Source: a bacterium (GTDB lineage: Bacteria > Patescibacteriota > Minisyncoccia > Minisyncoccales > DG-74-3). Taken from it: a DNA stretch of 64,000 nt. Both the position numbers and the translations under genes were made by a program. Below, piece by piece: positions 1 to 10,006 of this stretch. The first letter of the stretch is position 1. Every line of letters begins with the position of its first letter. The stretch is taken from positions 1,418 through 65,417 of the forward strand of contig JAUVYE010000001.1 of assembly GCA_030603245.1 (NCBI GenBank). Direction: 5' to 3'. The notes beneath the pieces are model-generated. The model saw only the letters and a program-made list of their open reading frames with translations, did no database searches and was not told the DNA's origin.

Positions 1-638
1 AGCGAGATTCATATCCTTCCTGGTCACCCGATGGAAAGAAGATTGTCTTTAGTTCGAGACGCGATGGTTACTGGCAAATCTACACCATGGACGCGGATGG
101 AGGTAATCAAGTTAGAATTACTAAAATTGATGGCTTTGACCCTGATTGGTCCCCTGATGGAAAAAAGATTGCCTTTGTTTCTAGCGGTCTAGTATGTAGT
201 GTTTGGATCATGAATGCCGACGGAAGCAATCCTACAGCAGTTATTGGGGCTATTGGTAGGCGTCCCAGATGGTCACCTGACGGAAAGAAGATTGTTTTTC
301 AATCTTTATACACTCACCAAGACCCTGATGAAAACCCTTATTATGCATGGGAAATTCTCGTGGCTCATATTCGCGAAGGCGATTTACCTCGGATAGTTAA
401 ATTAACTAACGAAAACCCGCTGAACCCTTATAACATGACCCATGTTAAAATTGGTAAAGGTTACCAGGGTCATCAGAATCCTTCCTGGTCATCTGATGGA
501 AAAAAGATTTTTTTCAATCTAGCCCTTCACGATGATATACAAATCTATGTTATGAATGCTGATGGAAGCAATCATGTCAAGCTTACAGAAAAAGGAACAA
601 ATCAGTACCCCATTTTTTTACCAACTCCTAAAAAATAA
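1..638 (+). CDS. TolB-like PD40 beta-propeller repeat protein (5'-partial; reading frame continues upstream of window start)
   Basis: Repeated WSPDGKKI(A/V)F motifs (at least 5 copies), typical of PD40/TolB-type beta-propeller blades. The frame is open from nt 1, so the true start lies outside the window. Confidence 0.6.
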   Translation, partial: RDSYPSWSPDGKKIVFSSRRDGYWQIYTMDADGGNQVRITKIDGFDPDWSPDGKKIAFVSSGLVCSVWIMNADGSNPTAVIGAIGRRPRWSPDGKKIVFQSLYTHQDPDENPYYAWEILVAHIREGDLPRIVKLTNENPLNPYNMTHVKIGKGYQGHQNPSWSSDGKKIFFNLALHDDIQIYVMNADGSNHVKLTEKGTNQYPIFLPTPKK

Positions 639-656
639 GGAGTAAACCAACCCTAA

Positions 657-690
657 AACCCTAAGCAAAAAGCCTAGGGATTTTTTTAAT
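657..690. terminator. Putative bidirectional intrinsic terminator between convergent genes
   Basis: Short GC stem (CCCTA...TAGGG) followed by a TTTTTTT run, lying between the stop of the + strand gene and the stop of minus-strand clpP. Confidence 0.35.
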
Positions 691-724
691 TTCAAGCTTT
701 ACGAAAAATCAAGTTTATTTTGGC

Positions 725-1312
725 TTATTTCTTTTTGGCTTTAATCACCTCATCAACAATACCATATTTTTTAGCATCTTCGGCTGATAAATAAAAATCT
801 CGGTCAGTATCTTTTTCAATCTTTTTCAATGATTGACCAGTATGTTGAGCTAAAATCTGATTTAATTTATTCTTAATTTTCATAATCTGCTTAGCAGTAA
901 TCTCAATTTCTACTGCTTGTCCTTTTACACCCCCAGCTACTTGATGCAAGAGAATCTCGGAGTTGGGAAGAGTAAATCTTTTGCCCTTATTGCCGGCTGC
1001 TAATAAAACAGCGCCCATTGAACCAGCTAAACCAACACAAACAGTAGAAATAGGACATTCAATATATTGCATTGTGTCGTAAATAGCTAAACCTGCTGTG
1101 ACTGAGCCGCCAGGAGTATTAATATAGAGCTTAATGTCTTTTTTCGGATCTTTAGAAGCTAAAAATAAAAGTTGAGCAATAACTGAGTTGGCTAAATTAT
1201 CATCTACCATACCACCCAAAAAAATTATTCTGTCTTTTAAAAGACGGGAGTAAATATCATATGCTCTTTCTCCGCGACTAGTTTTTTCAATTACAGTTGG
1301 AATTAAGATCAT
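725..1312 (-). CDS. clpP: ATP-dependent Clp protease proteolytic subunit
   Basis: Strong full-length ClpP-like sequence ([31 protein letters not shown], about 195 aa). Confidence 0.9.
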   Translation of the reverse strand: MILIPTVIEKTSRGERAYDIYSRLLKDRIIFLGGMVDDNLANSVIAQLLFLASKDPKKDIKLYINTPGGSVTAGLAIYDTMQYIECPISTVCVGLAGSMGAVLLAAGNKGKRFTLPNSEILLHQVAGGVKGQAVEIEITAKQIMKIKNKLNQILAQHTGQSLKKIEKDTDRDFYLSAEDAKKYGIVDEVIKAKKK

Positions 1313-1330
1313 TTTCTAAAAATTTCTTAC

Positions 1331-2206
1331 TTAATCTTTAAGAAAGCTTTCTAATAAACTAAATGCTTTCTCATGCTTTAATATTTCTTTAGTATAGCTT
1401 TTTAGCCTTTCAGAATCAATGTCTTTTTGGAACCCAAAACCTGGGCTTTTTTTCAATTCTTCCTCTATCTCTTGATCACTAACCAAGATTTTTTCTTTTT
1501 CTCCAATCTGTTTTAAGACTAAAGAGCTTTTAACTCTTTTTTCCACTTCAGGACCAAAAGAATCTAAAAGCTGTTTTTCTGTTTTATTAATTTTCTTTAA
1601 ATATTCTTCAAAACTAATCTGTAATGTTTGCAACACTCCTGTTTTAACGTTCTGAAGCATTCTTTTTTTTTCTTGTTCAACCAAAATTTCAGGAATCTCT
1701 AATTTACATTTTTCAGCTATTTTTTCCAATATTTCTTGGCGCAATCTTTCTTTCTCCCATCTTTCCTTTTCCTGTCTCATCTTTTCTATTTCCTCCCTGG
1801 TCACTTCAACTTTTTTTCTTTTAATTCCAGAAATAATCTTTTGATAATCAGGCAATTCAATTTCAGACATAACCCAAACTTTTGCTTTGAATTCAAAAGC
1901 ATTGTTTTTAGCTATTTTAAGAATCTCAATTTCTGGAGCAGCAATTGCTTCAATATTTTTTTCAGAAATTGCTTTAGCATAATTTTCCTGAATTGCATAA
2001 TCAGCAGCTGTCGTTAAAATCCTTTCCTGACTAATGCTTTTTTCAATCATTTCTTTGGGTGCTTTGCCTTTTCTAAAACCCTCAATCTCTAAATCTTTGC
2101 CCAAGCTTAAAATAGCTTTTTCTATAAAACCATTAAATTCCTCGATTGGAACTTCAATTCTCAATTCAATTTGAGATTTGGCAAGTTGTTGAACAGATAT
2201 TTTCAT
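1331..2206 (-). CDS. tig: Trigger factor, short form (N-terminal ribosome-binding and C-terminal domains; PPIase domain apparently absent)
   Basis: GFRKGKAP signature of the trigger factor N-domain and the conserved tig-clpP arrangement. At 291 aa it is well below the usual ~430 aa. Confidence 0.7.
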   Translation of the reverse strand: MKISVQQLAKSQIELRIEVPIEEFNGFIEKAILSLGKDLEIEGFRKGKAPKEMIEKSISQERILTTAADYAIQENYAKAISEKNIEAIAAPEIEILKIAKNNAFEFKAKVWVMSEIELPDYQKIISGIKRKKVEVTREEIEKMRQEKERWEKERLRQEILEKIAEKCKLEIPEILVEQEKKRMLQNVKTGVLQTLQISFEEYLKKINKTEKQLLDSFGPEVEKRVKSSLVLKQIGEKEKILVSDQEIEEELKKSPGFGFQKDIDSERLKSYTKEILKHEKAFSLLESFLKD

Positions 2207-4188
2207 TAGCCAAACAAACTATATTTTACAATTAAAGGCGCAAACACAGTAGCTACTAAAGACATAACAGTGATTAAGGTATTGATAGTGGGACCAGCTG
2301 TGTCTTTAAACGGATCTCCAACAGTATCGCCAATAACAGCTGCTATATGAGCTTTAGAACCTTTTCCTCCCAAATTTCCATCTTCAATATATTTCTTGGC
2401 ATTGTCCCAAGCTCCTCCTGCATTTGACATGAAAAGAGCAAAAACTATTCCGCTAACAATACTCCCCCCTAAAAATCCTCCTAAAGCATATTTCCCCAAC
2501 AAAAAGCCAACAGCTAATGGGAAAGCTATTGACAAAAAGCCAGGCAAAACTAATTCCTTTAAAGCTCCCTTAGTTGCAATATCTACACATCTTGCATAGT
2601 CTGGTTTTGCTTTTCCTTCCATTAAGCCTGGAATTTCTCTAAACTGCCTTCTAACTTCTTCAATCATACGAGCTGCATTTTTTTGAACTCCTAAAATTAA
2701 AAGAGCAGAAAGAAATGGCGGTGCCATGGCTCCAATAAATAAACCAACCATAACATCAGATTTCATTAAATTTAAACTCTTAATATCAACCAATTCAGAA
2801 TAAGCTGCAAAAATAGAAAGAACAGTTAAAGCCGCAGCTCCAATAGCAAAACCTTTAGTAATTGCTTTTGCAGTGTTGCCGGCTGCATCTAATTTATCAG
2901 CTATTTTAACCACTTCTTCTCCCAAACCTGATTGTTCAGCAATTCCTTTAGCATTATCAACAATAGGACCGTAAGCATCAGTTGAAATTATCATTCCAAC
3001 AATAGACAACATGCCTACAGCTGAAATTGAAACCCCATAAACACCAACCAAATTAAAAGAAATTAGAATTGCAGCACAAACTCCAATTATTGGAGGTAAA
3101 ATACTCATTAAGCCATAAGAAAAGCCAGACAAAATATTCATGGCTGCTCCGGTTTTTGAAGCCTCAGCGATTTTTAGAACTGGTGCTTTATCAATTGAAG
3201 TAAAGTAGTCAGTCGTAATTCCAATAATGACTCCGGCAATTAGTCCTGAAATAGTAGCTAAGAAAATTTTGAATCCTTGATCTTCAAGACCTAAATAATT
3301 AATCAGTAAAAATGCCAAAATAGCAAAGAAAAAGCAAGTTAAATAAGTTCCATTATTAAGAGCTGCTCCTGGATCCTGGTTTTTAGTTCTAACAAAAAAA
3401 GTTCCGATTAAAGAAGCAAATATTCCAATTGCTCCAATTAAAAGAGGTAAAATAATAAAATCTATTCCCAAAGTTCTTCCCAAAATCATTGATGCCACCA
3501 CACAAGCAATGTAAGAATCAATTAAGTCAGCGCCTGTTCCAGCAACATCACCAACATTATCTCCTACATTATCAGCAATAACAGCTGGGTTTCTAGGATC
3601 ATCTTCTGGAATTCCTAATTCTACCTTTCCAACCAAGTCTGCTCCAATATCAGCAGTTTTAGTAAAAATTCCTCCGCCTGCCTTAGCAAAAAGGGCTAAA
3701 GCTGAGGCTCCAAAGCTGAAACCCAATATAATATCTAATCCCTCTGGTCCAAAAATAAAATACAGAGTGCTTATTGCCAGTAATGCCATCCCAACAATTG
3801 ATAATCCCATAATTGCTCCGCCATAAAAAGCAACCTTAAAAGCATCATCTAAACTTCCTCGAGCAGCATTAGCAGTTATAACATTCGCCCTTACGGCAGC
3901 TGCCATGCCTAAAAAACTAGCTAATGCTGTACAAACTGCTCCTAAAACATAAGCTACAGCAACTTGAAAACTCAACAAAATCCAAAGTAAAACAGCCATG
4001 ATTAAAACAAAAACAGCTAAGGTTTGATTTTGTCTTTTTAAATAGGCATTAGATCCTTCCCTAATAGCATCCGCAATCTCAATCATTTTTTCTGTCCCTT
4101 TTTCCTGTTTAACTAAGTTAGAAAAGAGATAAAGTGCGGCTAAGATTGAAATAATACCAGAGATTGGAGCAATTATTAGTGCTTGCAT
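2206..4188 (-). CDS. hppA: Membrane-bound proton-translocating pyrophosphatase (H+-PPase)
   Basis: Polytopic 660-aa protein with conserved H+-PPase motifs ([43 protein letters not shown]). Confidence 0.9.
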   Translation of the reverse strand: MQALIIAPISGIISILAALYLFSNLVKQEKGTEKMIEIADAIREGSNAYLKRQNQTLAVFVLIMAVLLWILLSFQVAVAYVLGAVCTALASFLGMAAAVRANVITANAARGSLDDAFKVAFYGGAIMGLSIVGMALLAISTLYFIFGPEGLDIILGFSFGASALALFAKAGGGIFTKTADIGADLVGKVELGIPEDDPRNPAVIADNVGDNVGDVAGTGADLIDSYIACVVASMILGRTLGIDFIILPLLIGAIGIFASLIGTFFVRTKNQDPGAALNNGTYLTCFFFAILAFLLINYLGLEDQGFKIFLATISGLIAGVIIGITTDYFTSIDKAPVLKIAEASKTGAAMNILSGFSYGLMSILPPIIGVCAAILISFNLVGVYGVSISAVGMLSIVGMIISTDAYGPIVDNAKGIAEQSGLGEEVVKIADKLDAAGNTAKAITKGFAIGAAALTVLSIFAAYSELVDIKSLNLMKSDVMVGLFIGAMAPPFLSALLILGVQKNAARMIEEVRRQFREIPGLMEGKAKPDYARCVDIATKGALKELVLPGFLSIAFPLAVGFLLGKYALGGFLGGSIVSGIVFALFMSNAGGAWDNAKKYIEDGNLGGKGSKAHIAAVIGDTVGDPFKDTAGPTINTLITVMSLVATVFAPLIVKYSLFG

Positions 4189-4201
4189 ATTTTTTGTTTT
4201 T

Positions 4202-5404
4202 TTATTTATTTTTTATTTTTTTCTTTTTTGATTTCTTTTTAGGAGTTGTTTCTTTTTTTTCCTCTTTTTTTTCTTCCTCCTGTTTTTCTTCCAACTCTAC
4301 CTCAGAACCCCTAACATCAATTTTCCAGCCCGTAAGTTTGGCAGCCAATCTTACATTTTGACCGTCTTTACCAATAGCTAAAGATAATTGATCTTCTGGA
4401 ACAACACAAAGAACTTTATTTTTGGGTAAAACTTTTACCTCTAAAACCTTGGCTGGAGATAAAGCATTAGCAATAAATTTTTCTGGGTCTTCTGACCACT
4501 CAATAATATCAATTTTCTCTCCGCCCAACTCATTGATCACTGCCTGAACTCTTGTTCCCCTTTGACCTACAGATGCTCCAATCGGATCAATTTCTTCAAT
4601 AGTGGAAGCAACCGCAATTTTAGTTCGAGAACCAGGCTCTCGAGCAATAGACTTTATCTCAACCTGACCAGCTGCAATCTCAGGAACCTCTAATTCAAAC
4701 AGTTTTGAAATTAATTTAGGATAAGCTCTTGATAAAAAAATTTTAGGACCCTTGCTCGTATCTTCCACCTTAAGAACAAAAACTTTTAATCTTTGACCAG
4801 GCCGATAAAACTCTCCAGGAACTTGCTCTTCTCTAATTAAAATTCCCAAGGCCTTACCAATATCAAAAAAAACATTTCTGCCTTCAATACGTTGAACAAT
4901 TCCAGAAACAATTTCTCCTTGCTTATCTTGATATTCTTCAAAAATACTTTCTCGTTCTGCCTCTCTTAATTTCTGCATTATTACTTGTTTAGCAGTTTGG
5001 GCAGCAATCCGACCATAATCTTTTTGGGCTTTAAGAGAAATTTTAAGCTCGTCGCCAGGTTTAATCTTTTTCTTTATTTTCTTTGCTTCATCAATCATAA
5101 TATGTTTTTCTGGATTAAACTTGATTTTCTTGTCTTCCTCTTCTTTTACTTTTTCGCTTTTAATCTCTTCTAATTCTTCCTCCGAATAAATCATACTTTC
5201 ATCAACCACTATTTTAATTTGTAAAAACTTAACTTTACCTGATTCTGAATCAAGTTTGGCTTGGATAATTTGTCCCCTTTTTCCGTAGTCTTTTTTATAA
5301 GCAGCAGCAATTGCCTGTTCAATGGTTTCTAAAACCTTTTCTGAAGAAATACCTTTTTCTTCAGCAATCTGCTTAACTGCTGATGCAAAATCTTTTAAAT
5401 CCAT
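4202..5404 (-). CDS. nusA: Transcription termination/antitermination factor NusA with Lys-rich C-terminal tail
   Basis: NusA N-domain, S1 and tandem KH-like regions (GQRLKVFVLKV..., IGKDGQNVRLAAKLTGWKIDV). Confidence 0.85.
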   Translation of the reverse strand: MDLKDFASAVKQIAEEKGISSEKVLETIEQAIAAAYKKDYGKRGQIIQAKLDSESGKVKFLQIKIVVDESMIYSEEELEEIKSEKVKEEEDKKIKFNPEKHIMIDEAKKIKKKIKPGDELKISLKAQKDYGRIAAQTAKQVIMQKLREAERESIFEEYQDKQGEIVSGIVQRIEGRNVFFDIGKALGILIREEQVPGEFYRPGQRLKVFVLKVEDTSKGPKIFLSRAYPKLISKLFELEVPEIAAGQVEIKSIAREPGSRTKIAVASTIEEIDPIGASVGQRGTRVQAVINELGGEKIDIIEWSEDPEKFIANALSPAKVLEVKVLPKNKVLCVVPEDQLSLAIGKDGQNVRLAAKLTGWKIDVRGSEVELEEKQEEEKKEEKKETTPKKKSKKKKIKNK

Positions 5405-5422
5405 GTTGTTTTTAATAAAAGC

Positions 5423-5440
5423 GTCCGTTTTTTAACGGAC
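5423..5440 (-). terminator. Putative intrinsic terminator downstream of plsY-like gene
   Basis: Perfect 7-bp stem GTCCGTT/AACGGAC with a 4-nt loop. On the minus strand it is followed by a U-rich stretch, and it sits between the plsY stop and the nusA start. Confidence 0.35.
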
Positions 5441-5462
5441 CTGCCTTTAAGTATAACAAAGT

Positions 5463-6116
5463 CTATTTACTTGTCAACTTTTTAACTATTTTCTTTATTC
5501 TAAAGTCCTTAGTAACATCATCATCAAAAATTAAACGATTTCTGAATAAACGACACTTGTCTTTAGATTGTTTTAATTCCTGTATTGGACTTAAACGCTT
5601 TAAGAAAATAGGAAGAAGAGATAAAACAGCAAACAACCTAATATATGATAAACCAAGCTTATCACTATAATAAATTACTGTAGCTAAAGCCACAATAGTA
5701 CCAATACAAAGATTCCAAATTATTCCTAATGAAATAAGAGGAATTAAGAAAAGTTTTAAAAACTCAGGATTAAAAGCCAAAAGCGCTCCCCCAAAAGTTC
5801 CTATGCCCCTGCCTCCATTAAAACTTAAAAACAAAGACCAATTATGTCCTATCACAACTGCTACTCCGCATAAAACCTGAACTAAAGCCGGCTCTCCATA
5901 ATGTTGAGCTATTTTGACTGAAATATATCCTTTTAAAATATCAAAGAGGCCGGTAAAAAATCCTTGCAAAAACCCTATATTCTTGAAAACATTAGAGCCA
6001 GATGTTTTTCTCCATCCAATTTCTAAAATGTTTTTTCTGGTTGAAACTTTAGTAAAAATATATCCAAAAGGAATAGAGCCTAAAATATAAGATAAGAATA
6101 TATATAAAATACTCAT
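5463..6116 (-). CDS. plsY: Glycerol-3-phosphate acyltransferase PlsY-family membrane protein
   Basis: N-terminal (Y)ILGSIPFGYIFTK motif and a polytopic 217-aa membrane protein typical of PlsY (acyl-phosphate:G3P acyltransferase). Confidence 0.6.
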   Translation of the reverse strand: MSILYIFLSYILGSIPFGYIFTKVSTRKNILEIGWRKTSGSNVFKNIGFLQGFFTGLFDILKGYISVKIAQHYGEPALVQVLCGVAVVIGHNWSLFLSFNGGRGIGTFGGALLAFNPEFLKLFLIPLISLGIIWNLCIGTIVALATVIYYSDKLGLSYIRLFAVLSLLPIFLKRLSPIQELKQSKDKCRLFRNRLIFDDDVTKDFRIKKIVKKLTSK

Positions 6117-6895
6117 TTTTTCTTTAATTTTAATCTTCCCTTTTCTTTAACAGCTTTTACAAACTGTTTAACTAATTTTTTAACATCTTTGGTTTTTTCA
6201 GCCGCTGTTCCAACAAAAATACAATCAGCACCTGCCTCAATAACCTTACCTGCCTGAGCTGGGGTTCTGATCCCGCCCCCAACAATATAAACCATATCAC
6301 CAATTGTTTTTCTTACAGCTTTTATTATTTCAACAGGAATATGATCAAAAGCAGCTGAACCAGCATCAGTAAAAACAAATCTTTTACCTGATAATCTGGC
6401 AGCTAAAGCTAAAGCAGCAGCAATGTTTGGTTTGTTTCTGGGAACCAAATTCGCATCTCCTACCCAGCCAGCTGTTCCTCCTGGATCAAACAAAATATAA
6501 CCCAAAGGCAATGGCTCTATGCCTAATTTCTGAATAATAGGAGCTGAAAGCGTTTGAACTTCAGAAATCCAATAAGGATTCCGAGAATTTAATAAACTCA
6601 TAAATAAAATGGCGTCAGCATAACGAGAAATAGTAGCAATGTTGCCTGGAAATAAGACTATTGGAATATCTGTTTTCTGCTTAATCCCCTTAATTACTGT
6701 GTCTAAAAGCTCACCCTGAGCTTGAGTACTACCTCCCACACTTAAAAAATCAACCCCTGCTTCAACCGCAGCTAAAGCAGTGTTTATTGCTTTTTGAGTA
6801 GAAGTATAGTCGCAAGGGTCAATCAAAATTGACAGTAAAGCACCCTCTTTCTTGATTTTTTCTTTAATATATTTTTCAACTTTTCCTATTTTCAT
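6113..6895 (-). CDS. Geranylgeranylglyceryl phosphate synthase family (GGGPS/PcrB-like prenyl-glycerol-phosphate ether synthase)
   Basis: TIM-barrel GGGPS/PcrB features: C-terminal VGGGIRTPAQAGKVIEAGADCIFVGTAAE and central FDPGGTAG. Overlaps the neighbouring polyprenyl synthase by 4 bp (operon). Confidence 0.75.
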   Translation of the reverse strand: MKIGKVEKYIKEKIKKEGALLSILIDPCDYTSTQKAINTALAAVEAGVDFLSVGGSTQAQGELLDTVIKGIKQKTDIPIVLFPGNIATISRYADAILFMSLLNSRNPYWISEVQTLSAPIIQKLGIEPLPLGYILFDPGGTAGWVGDANLVPRNKPNIAAALALAARLSGKRFVFTDAGSAAFDHIPVEIIKAVRKTIGDMVYIVGGGIRTPAQAGKVIEAGADCIFVGTAAEKTKDVKKLVKQFVKAVKEKGRLKLKKK

Positions 6896-7983
6896 ATTTT
6901 TCTTTCAATCAAATAATTAACAAATTCGTTCAACCTTTCTTTGGCAGGAGAAGCAACTAACAATTTATCTGTTTCAGCCCAAGCTTGTTTCATAATCTCT
7001 CTAGCTCTTTTTTGGGCATATTCTACACTGCCATATTTTTTTATTATTTCTATTGCCTCTGTTCTTTCTTTTGTATCATCGGTGTGTTTGTTCAAAATTT
7101 CTATCAACCTTTTTCTATCTTCTTCTGTTGCTTTTTCCAGAGTATGAATAACCATTAAAGTTCTTTTTCCCTCAGTTATATCCATTCCAAGCCCACCCTT
7201 TCCTTTAGCAAATTTCTCTCCCACAATATCAAGAATATCGTCTTGAATCTGAAAAGCAACACCCATGGCTTCAGCAACCTTGCCAGCTGCTTCAGCCAAT
7301 TCATCGCTCGCACCAGCTAAAATAACAGCTAATTTAGCTGACATTCTAGAAAGACAACCTGTTTTAAAAGCGCACATTTGCAAATACTCTTCTTCTTTTA
7401 TATCTTCTACACCTCCCCGATGCCAATAAATATCAGTTCCCTGGCCCAAACTTAAATTAATCATTTCCTGAACATATATTTCGTAAGCTTTAACTAAAAT
7501 TTCTGGTTTAAATTTATCTCTATTCTTTGATAATGCTAATAAGGGGAAAAAATAAAGAAAATTACCAGCATTTAAAGCAATATCAATGCCAAAAATCTTA
7601 TGAAGAACAGTCTTGCCCCTTCTTAACTCCCCGTCATCTTCAATATCATCAATAATAATTGTTCCGTTATGAATCAATTCTGGAATAATAACAATGTCTT
7701 TAATTTTTTCCATGTCTCCATTAACGGCCTGGGTAATCAAAAGGAATAAAATTGGACGCCATCTTTTTCCTCCACGACTAATAAAGTCCCAGGTAGGCCT
7801 TACTAAAGATTTATCAGCTGCATCTAGGCTGTAAGAGTAGCGGGGAACACCAAAGGTGAACTCAAGCCACTTTTTATCTATATTTTTGGGAATGTATTTT
7901 TCGATAATTCCATCAATCTCGGGCTTCATTTTCTCTAAATACTCTATAAAGTTTCCTTTTTTTATTTCGTCTGAATTAGACAT
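6892..7983 (-). CDS. Polyprenyl (geranylgeranyl) diphosphate synthase
   Basis: Both Asp-rich motifs of trans-isoprenyl diphosphate synthases are present: DDIEDDGELRRGK (first DDxxD) and FQIQDDILD (second). Confidence 0.8.
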   Translation of the reverse strand: MSNSDEIKKGNFIEYLEKMKPEIDGIIEKYIPKNIDKKWLEFTFGVPRYSYSLDAADKSLVRPTWDFISRGGKRWRPILFLLITQAVNGDMEKIKDIVIIPELIHNGTIIIDDIEDDGELRRGKTVLHKIFGIDIALNAGNFLYFFPLLALSKNRDKFKPEILVKAYEIYVQEMINLSLGQGTDIYWHRGGVEDIKEEEYLQMCAFKTGCLSRMSAKLAVILAGASDELAEAAGKVAEAMGVAFQIQDDILDIVGEKFAKGKGGLGMDITEGKRTLMVIHTLEKATEEDRKRLIEILNKHTDDTKERTEAIEIIKKYGSVEYAQKRAREIMKQAWAETDKLLVASPAKERLNEFVNYLIERKI

Positions 7984-8077
7984 AGGTTTAATTTTGAATT
8001 TTTTATTTTATAATTAATAATTATACTTTGACAAAAGTTTACTTGCAATTGTTAAAATTTTGTTTATCATCTAACTT

Positions 8078-8872
8078 ATGAATGCTTGGATAGAAATAAT
8101 TCGTCCTGCCACGTCATTATTAGCTGCTATAGGAGCTGTGGTCGGTGCTGTAATTGCTGGAGTTCCTTTTTCTATTGATTTTGTTTATGTGTTTTTAGCT
8201 GTTTGGTTTGTTACTGGGGCTGGCATGGTAATTAATGATTATTATGATATAGAAATAGACAGAATTAATGCTCCTCATCGGCCATTGCCCAGTGGCAGAA
8301 TATCAAGAAAAAATGCTTTGTCCTATAGTGTTTTCTTGTTTTGTTTAGGCCTTGTTTTTTCCGCTTTCTTAAATATTTATTGTTTTGTTCTTGTGCTTTT
8401 TAATGGCTTGATTGAATTCTTTTACGCTAAAATCTATAAAAAATGGTGGCTGTTCGGAAATATACTGGTTAGCTGGTTAGCAGGCTCTGTTTTCATTTTT
8501 GGGGGTCTGATTACTTTTGACTTTAGACTAATCTGGATTGTATCCTTATTAGCATTTTTGTCAAACATGGGAAGAGAAATTTTCAAGTCGATTGAGGATG
8601 TAAGAGGAGATAAAAAAATGAAGTTAGATACCCTTCCCGTATCTTCGGGCACTAAAACAGCCAAAGAAATTGCCCAGGGATTTATTGCTTCAGCTATTTT
8701 ATTTTCCAATCTTCCCTATTTATCAGGGCTATTAAGGGCAAGCTATCTCAAAATTGCTGCTTTTGGAAATGCTATCTTTTTTTATTCTCTTTATGAAAAA
8801 CCCAATAAAATTAAATTAATGACCAAGATAGCAATGCTAATTATTGTCTTGGCTATCCTATTTAGTTTTTAA
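8078..8872 (+). CDS. UbiA-family prenyltransferase, digeranylgeranylglyceryl phosphate synthase (DGGGPS)-like
   Basis: UbiA signature NDYYDIEIDRINAPHRPLPSGRIS and a polytopic 264-aa membrane protein. Sits in the GGGPS/GGPPS/GGR context. Confidence 0.7.
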   Translation: MNAWIEIIRPATSLLAAIGAVVGAVIAGVPFSIDFVYVFLAVWFVTGAGMVINDYYDIEIDRINAPHRPLPSGRISRKNALSYSVFLFCLGLVFSAFLNIYCFVLVLFNGLIEFFYAKIYKKWWLFGNILVSWLAGSVFIFGGLITFDFRLIWIVSLLAFLSNMGREIFKSIEDVRGDKKMKLDTLPVSSGTKTAKEIAQGFIASAILFSNLPYLSGLLRASYLKIAAFGNAIFFYSLYEKPNKIKLMTKIAMLIIVLAILFSF

Positions 8873-10006
8873 TTATCCAAAGCTTGTTCCGCTTTTACGT
8901 AAAATAAAAAATAACTTTGTAATCTTAAAAGCGTTTCTTCTTAATTCTGGTTTAGAAACAAGATTAAAAACACCAGAAAGGGTTTCAAACGCAGATAACC
9001 CTTTTTTGTTTAGAGCTTCTACTAATTCATCTAAAACTGAATTAGAAAGAGAATATAATATTTTTTGAGCAACGATTAAATCACGACTCAAAAACGGTAA
9101 AGACTTAATTTTCTTTTCAAAAACATGAGGCGTATTAGAAAGAATACATTGAGCAGCAATCTTGGCTGAAACCATGGCATTGTTTATTCCTCCTCCTAAA
9201 ACTGGATCCACAAGAGCAGCAGCATCTCCTACTAAAAAAACCTTATCTTTATACAATTTTATTTTAGCTCCGCCCCAGGTAATGGTGCCACTTCTATTTT
9301 CTAAAAGCTTATAATTACCAAATTCTGGTTTTACAAACTTCTCCATAAAATATTTAAATCTTTGGTCAAGATTGCTCTTCCCTCCTAAACCAATATTGGC
9401 TCTGTTTTTAGATTTAGGAAATATCCAGACATAACCCTCTGGAAATCTTTCTTTATCAAAATACATCTTTATTACTGATACTGGTATTTCTTTCTCCAAT
9501 TCAACCAAATATTCATAAGTGGGCAAAACTTCAATCTTTTCTTTTGGAAAAAGCTTTGTTCTAACAATTGAAAGGGGACCATCAGCCCCAATTAAATATT
9601 CACTTTGAAAAACCTCTTCTTGGGCTGTTTTAACTTTCCAAAAACCACCTCCTTTTTCAATATTAACCACTTTAGTATTAAGCTTAATCTCAGCTTTACA
9701 TTTTTGAGCTAGAGCTTTTTCAAAAGCCGGTCTATTGATGATATATCCCAATTTCTCACCTTTAAAACTGGCTTTCCTTCCTGAAGCAATGTAAACCTCA
9801 ATTGTATCAATAGTTGTAGAAATCCAGGCAGGATTTGGTTCAATGCCATTTCTTTCCAATGATTCCTGACTAATGCCCTCAGCGCATTGAACTGGTATTC
9901 CAATCTCTTTTTCCTTTTCCAAAATTAAAGCATCCTTTAAATATATTCCAGCTGTTAAACCAGCTGGACCTGCTCCAATAATGATTGTTTTAAATACATT
10001 CTTCAT
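8873..10006 (-). CDS. FAD-dependent geranylgeranyl reductase family protein
   Basis: N-terminal Rossmann FAD motif IIIGAGPAGLTAG and overall geranylgeranyl reductase-family layout (377 aa). Confidence 0.7.
   Translation of the reverse strand: MKNVFKTIIIGAGPAGLTAGIYLKDALILEKEKEIGIPVQCAEGISQESLERNGIEPNPAWISTTIDTIEVYIASGRKASFKGEKLGYIINRPAFEKALAQKCKAEIKLNTKVVNIEKGGGFWKVKTAQEEVFQSEYLIGADGPLSIVRTKLFPKEKIEVLPTYEYLVELEKEIPVSVIKMYFDKERFPEGYVWIFPKSKNRANIGLGGKSNLDQRFKYFMEKFVKPEFGNYKLLENRSGTITWGGAKIKLYKDKVFLVGDAAALVDPVLGGGINNAMVSAKIAAQCILSNTPHVFEKKIKSLPFLSRDLIVAQKILYSLSNSVLDELVEALNKKGLSAFETLSGVFNLVSKPELRRNAFKITKLFFILRKSGTSFG

Noticed and set aside
1736-2017. Antisense ORF (93 aa, Phe/Ser/Asn-rich) inside tig
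   Set aside because: Low-complexity translation of the opposite strand of a well-supported gene. Typical spurious ORF in AT-rich DNA.
2396-2599. 67-aa plus-strand ORF inside the H+-PPase gene
   Set aside because: Fully embedded antisense to a conserved gene with no motifs.
2206-4188. H+-pyrophosphatase as part of the lipid locus
   Set aside because: It is adjacent but separated by nusA, and has no functional link to lipid synthesis. It is treated as coincidental housekeeping context.
4164-4361. 65-aa Phe-rich ORF overlapping the nusA 3' end and hppA 5' end
   Set aside because: Poly-F low-complexity product of the A/T-rich Lys-codon tail of nusA read on the opposite strand.
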